In this document: piece after piece, positions 62,959 to 64,000 of the stretch
Numbering within the stretch: the first letter of the stretch is position 1
How the letters are laid out: every line of letters starts with the position of its first letter
Program-made: the position numbers and the translations under genes
DNA from: Acidobacteriota bacterium
GTDB taxonomy: Bacteria > Acidobacteriota > Thermoanaerobaculia > Multivoradales > UBA5704
Assembly (NCBI GenBank): GCA_040005235.1
Contig: JBDTZG010000028.1
Span: 6,940-70,939 of the forward strand
Direction: 5' to 3'
Length of the DNA: 64,000 nt
The notes under the pieces: generated by a model
Databases searched by the model: none
The model's input: the letters and a program-made list of their open reading frames with translations, nothing else
Told to the model about the DNA's origin: nothing

Positions 62959-63129
62959 GATCCCTCCGTAGGCAAAAAATGACGTTTCTGTGGTCCTGTA
63001 TAAAAGAGAGAGTGCAAACCGAAAAAGAAGCGAGACAGCCGAAGTGTGGATTGGTACGAAACACCCTGCCGGCCCGCCGTGTCCGCCTCCGCCAGGGATC
63101 GGCGAAAAGAGAGGCCTTCATGGCGGCGA

Positions 63130-63891
63130 TCACCCCCGGTGACGTTGCAGCAATGAGAACAGGTAGCGGATGCGGGTGAGAAGGTCGTCGGCCGCCCGCT
63201 CGAAGGCGGTTTCCCGCTCCTTGTCGGTGCCTTCGACGCCGGAAGGGTCGGGGATGCTCCAATGGATCCGGTTACGCGCACCGGGGAAGATGGGGCAGGA
63301 CTCGCGGGCGTTGTCGCAGACCGAAATCACATAGTCGAACGGTTGGTCGATAAATTCGTCCAGGGGCTTGGACCTCTGGCCGCCGATGTCGATGCCCCGG
63401 GCTGCCATGGTCTTGATCGCCAGCGGGTGCACACGGGTGACCTCGGTGCCGGCGCTCCGCACTTCGACCTGGTCGCCGGCCATGTGGCGCAAGATCCCCT
63501 CGGCCATCTGAGATCGCGCGCTGTTGTGGGTACAAAGGAAGAGCACCCGGCCCCGCCTTCCTGCCTCGGTCAGCGGCAGCTCCCGGGTGTCGGGCTCACT
63601 CCCAAGACCTGGATGCAAAATTTCACCTGTGCTCATGAGCATCCCCTTCAGTCGGTCCAGATCCAAGCTGTAGTAGACATCCCGTCGATCCGCGGCGCTG
63701 CGCCGCTCCTTGACCAGAGCGAATTCCCGCAGCTTCCGAAGGTGGTAGGAGACGAGGTTCTGCGGTTGCTGGAGCACCCCGACCAGCTCCTGCACGCGCC
63801 GATCGCTGTACGCCAGAGCTTCGAGAAGCTTCCAGCGTTGCTCATCGGCAAGGAGCTTGAGGAACGGGGGAAAGGCCGAGGTTGCGTCCAT
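63130..63891 (-). CDS. ArsR-family HTH fused to LMW-PTP-type arsenate reductase
   Basis: N-terminal ArsR wHTH (RVQELVGVLQQPQNLVSYHLRKLREFALV). C-terminal ArsC/LMW-PTP P-loop VLFLCTHNSARSQMAEG (CX5R) and ...DYVISVCD... Confidence 0.85.
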   Translation of the reverse strand: MDATSAFPPFLKLLADEQRWKLLEALAYSDRRVQELVGVLQQPQNLVSYHLRKLREFALVKERRSAADRRDVYYSLDLDRLKGMLMSTGEILHPGLGSEPDTRELPLTEAGRRGRVLFLCTHNSARSQMAEGILRHMAGDQVEVRSAGTEVTRVHPLAIKTMAARGIDIGGQRSKPLDEFIDQPFDYVISVCDNARESCPIFPGARNRIHWSIPDPSGVEGTDKERETAFERAADDLLTRIRYLFSLLQRHRG

Positions 63892-64000
63892 GGCCCATCA
63901 ATATAGATTGATGCAGTTTGGGTTGCAAGAGCCTCGCCGCCGGGGCGCACATTCCTGCGCAGCGGGGTGACTGGCACTGAAAATGCCCGGAAGGTCGGCG

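Overview
GC-rich bacterial chromosomal window. An orphan duplicated MacB-like (ADOP-type) permease and a CarboxypepD_reg-type TonB receptor suggest an Acidobacteriota-like lineage; this is inference only. I saw no rRNA, tRNA or CRISPR.

Layout:
(1) 0-10.5 kb: envelope glycan and lipid genes (GT4, cardiolipin synthase, FkbM methyltransferase, two divergent GT-C-like membrane proteins, CBM9-like protein).
(2) 10.5-31.6 kb: mixed housekeeping and accessory genes (TonB receptor, threonine dehydratase-like enzyme, copper-amine-oxidase-like protein, ADOP permease, acs, M1 peptidase, DinB, PhyH, ABC exporter). This stretch holds a visibly lower-GC islet with an HNH protein and an IS200-like/RAYT transposase flanked by REP-like hairpins. 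It also holds a duplication scar around an orphan XRE antitoxin-like gene, next to a phase-perfect 20-bp minisatellite.
(3) 31.7-48.1 kb: a complete, extremely compact dcw cluster on the minus strand (mraZ-rsmH-ftsL-ftsI-murE-murF-mraY-murD-ftsW-murG-murC-ftsQ-ftsA-ftsZ), with a three-box 10-bp-phased putative MraZ operator upstream.
(4) 48.4-63.0 kb: the most interesting part, an accessory island with four paralogous XRE-HTH regulators. A three-gene module occurs twice: long HTH-TPR-like regulator, then a convergent small secreted Cys-loop repeat peptide, then a divergent short HTH regulator. Each module is followed by minus-strand operons of paralogous secreted proteins of unknown function. 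I propose a previously undescribed regulator/secreted-peptide system, possibly RNPP-like peptide sensing; the function is hypothesis only.
(5) 63.1-63.9 kb: an ArsR-ArsC fusion gene.

Many long ORFs in the supplied track are antisense shadow ORFs or N-terminal read-through extensions typical of high-GC DNA. I trimmed or rejected those.
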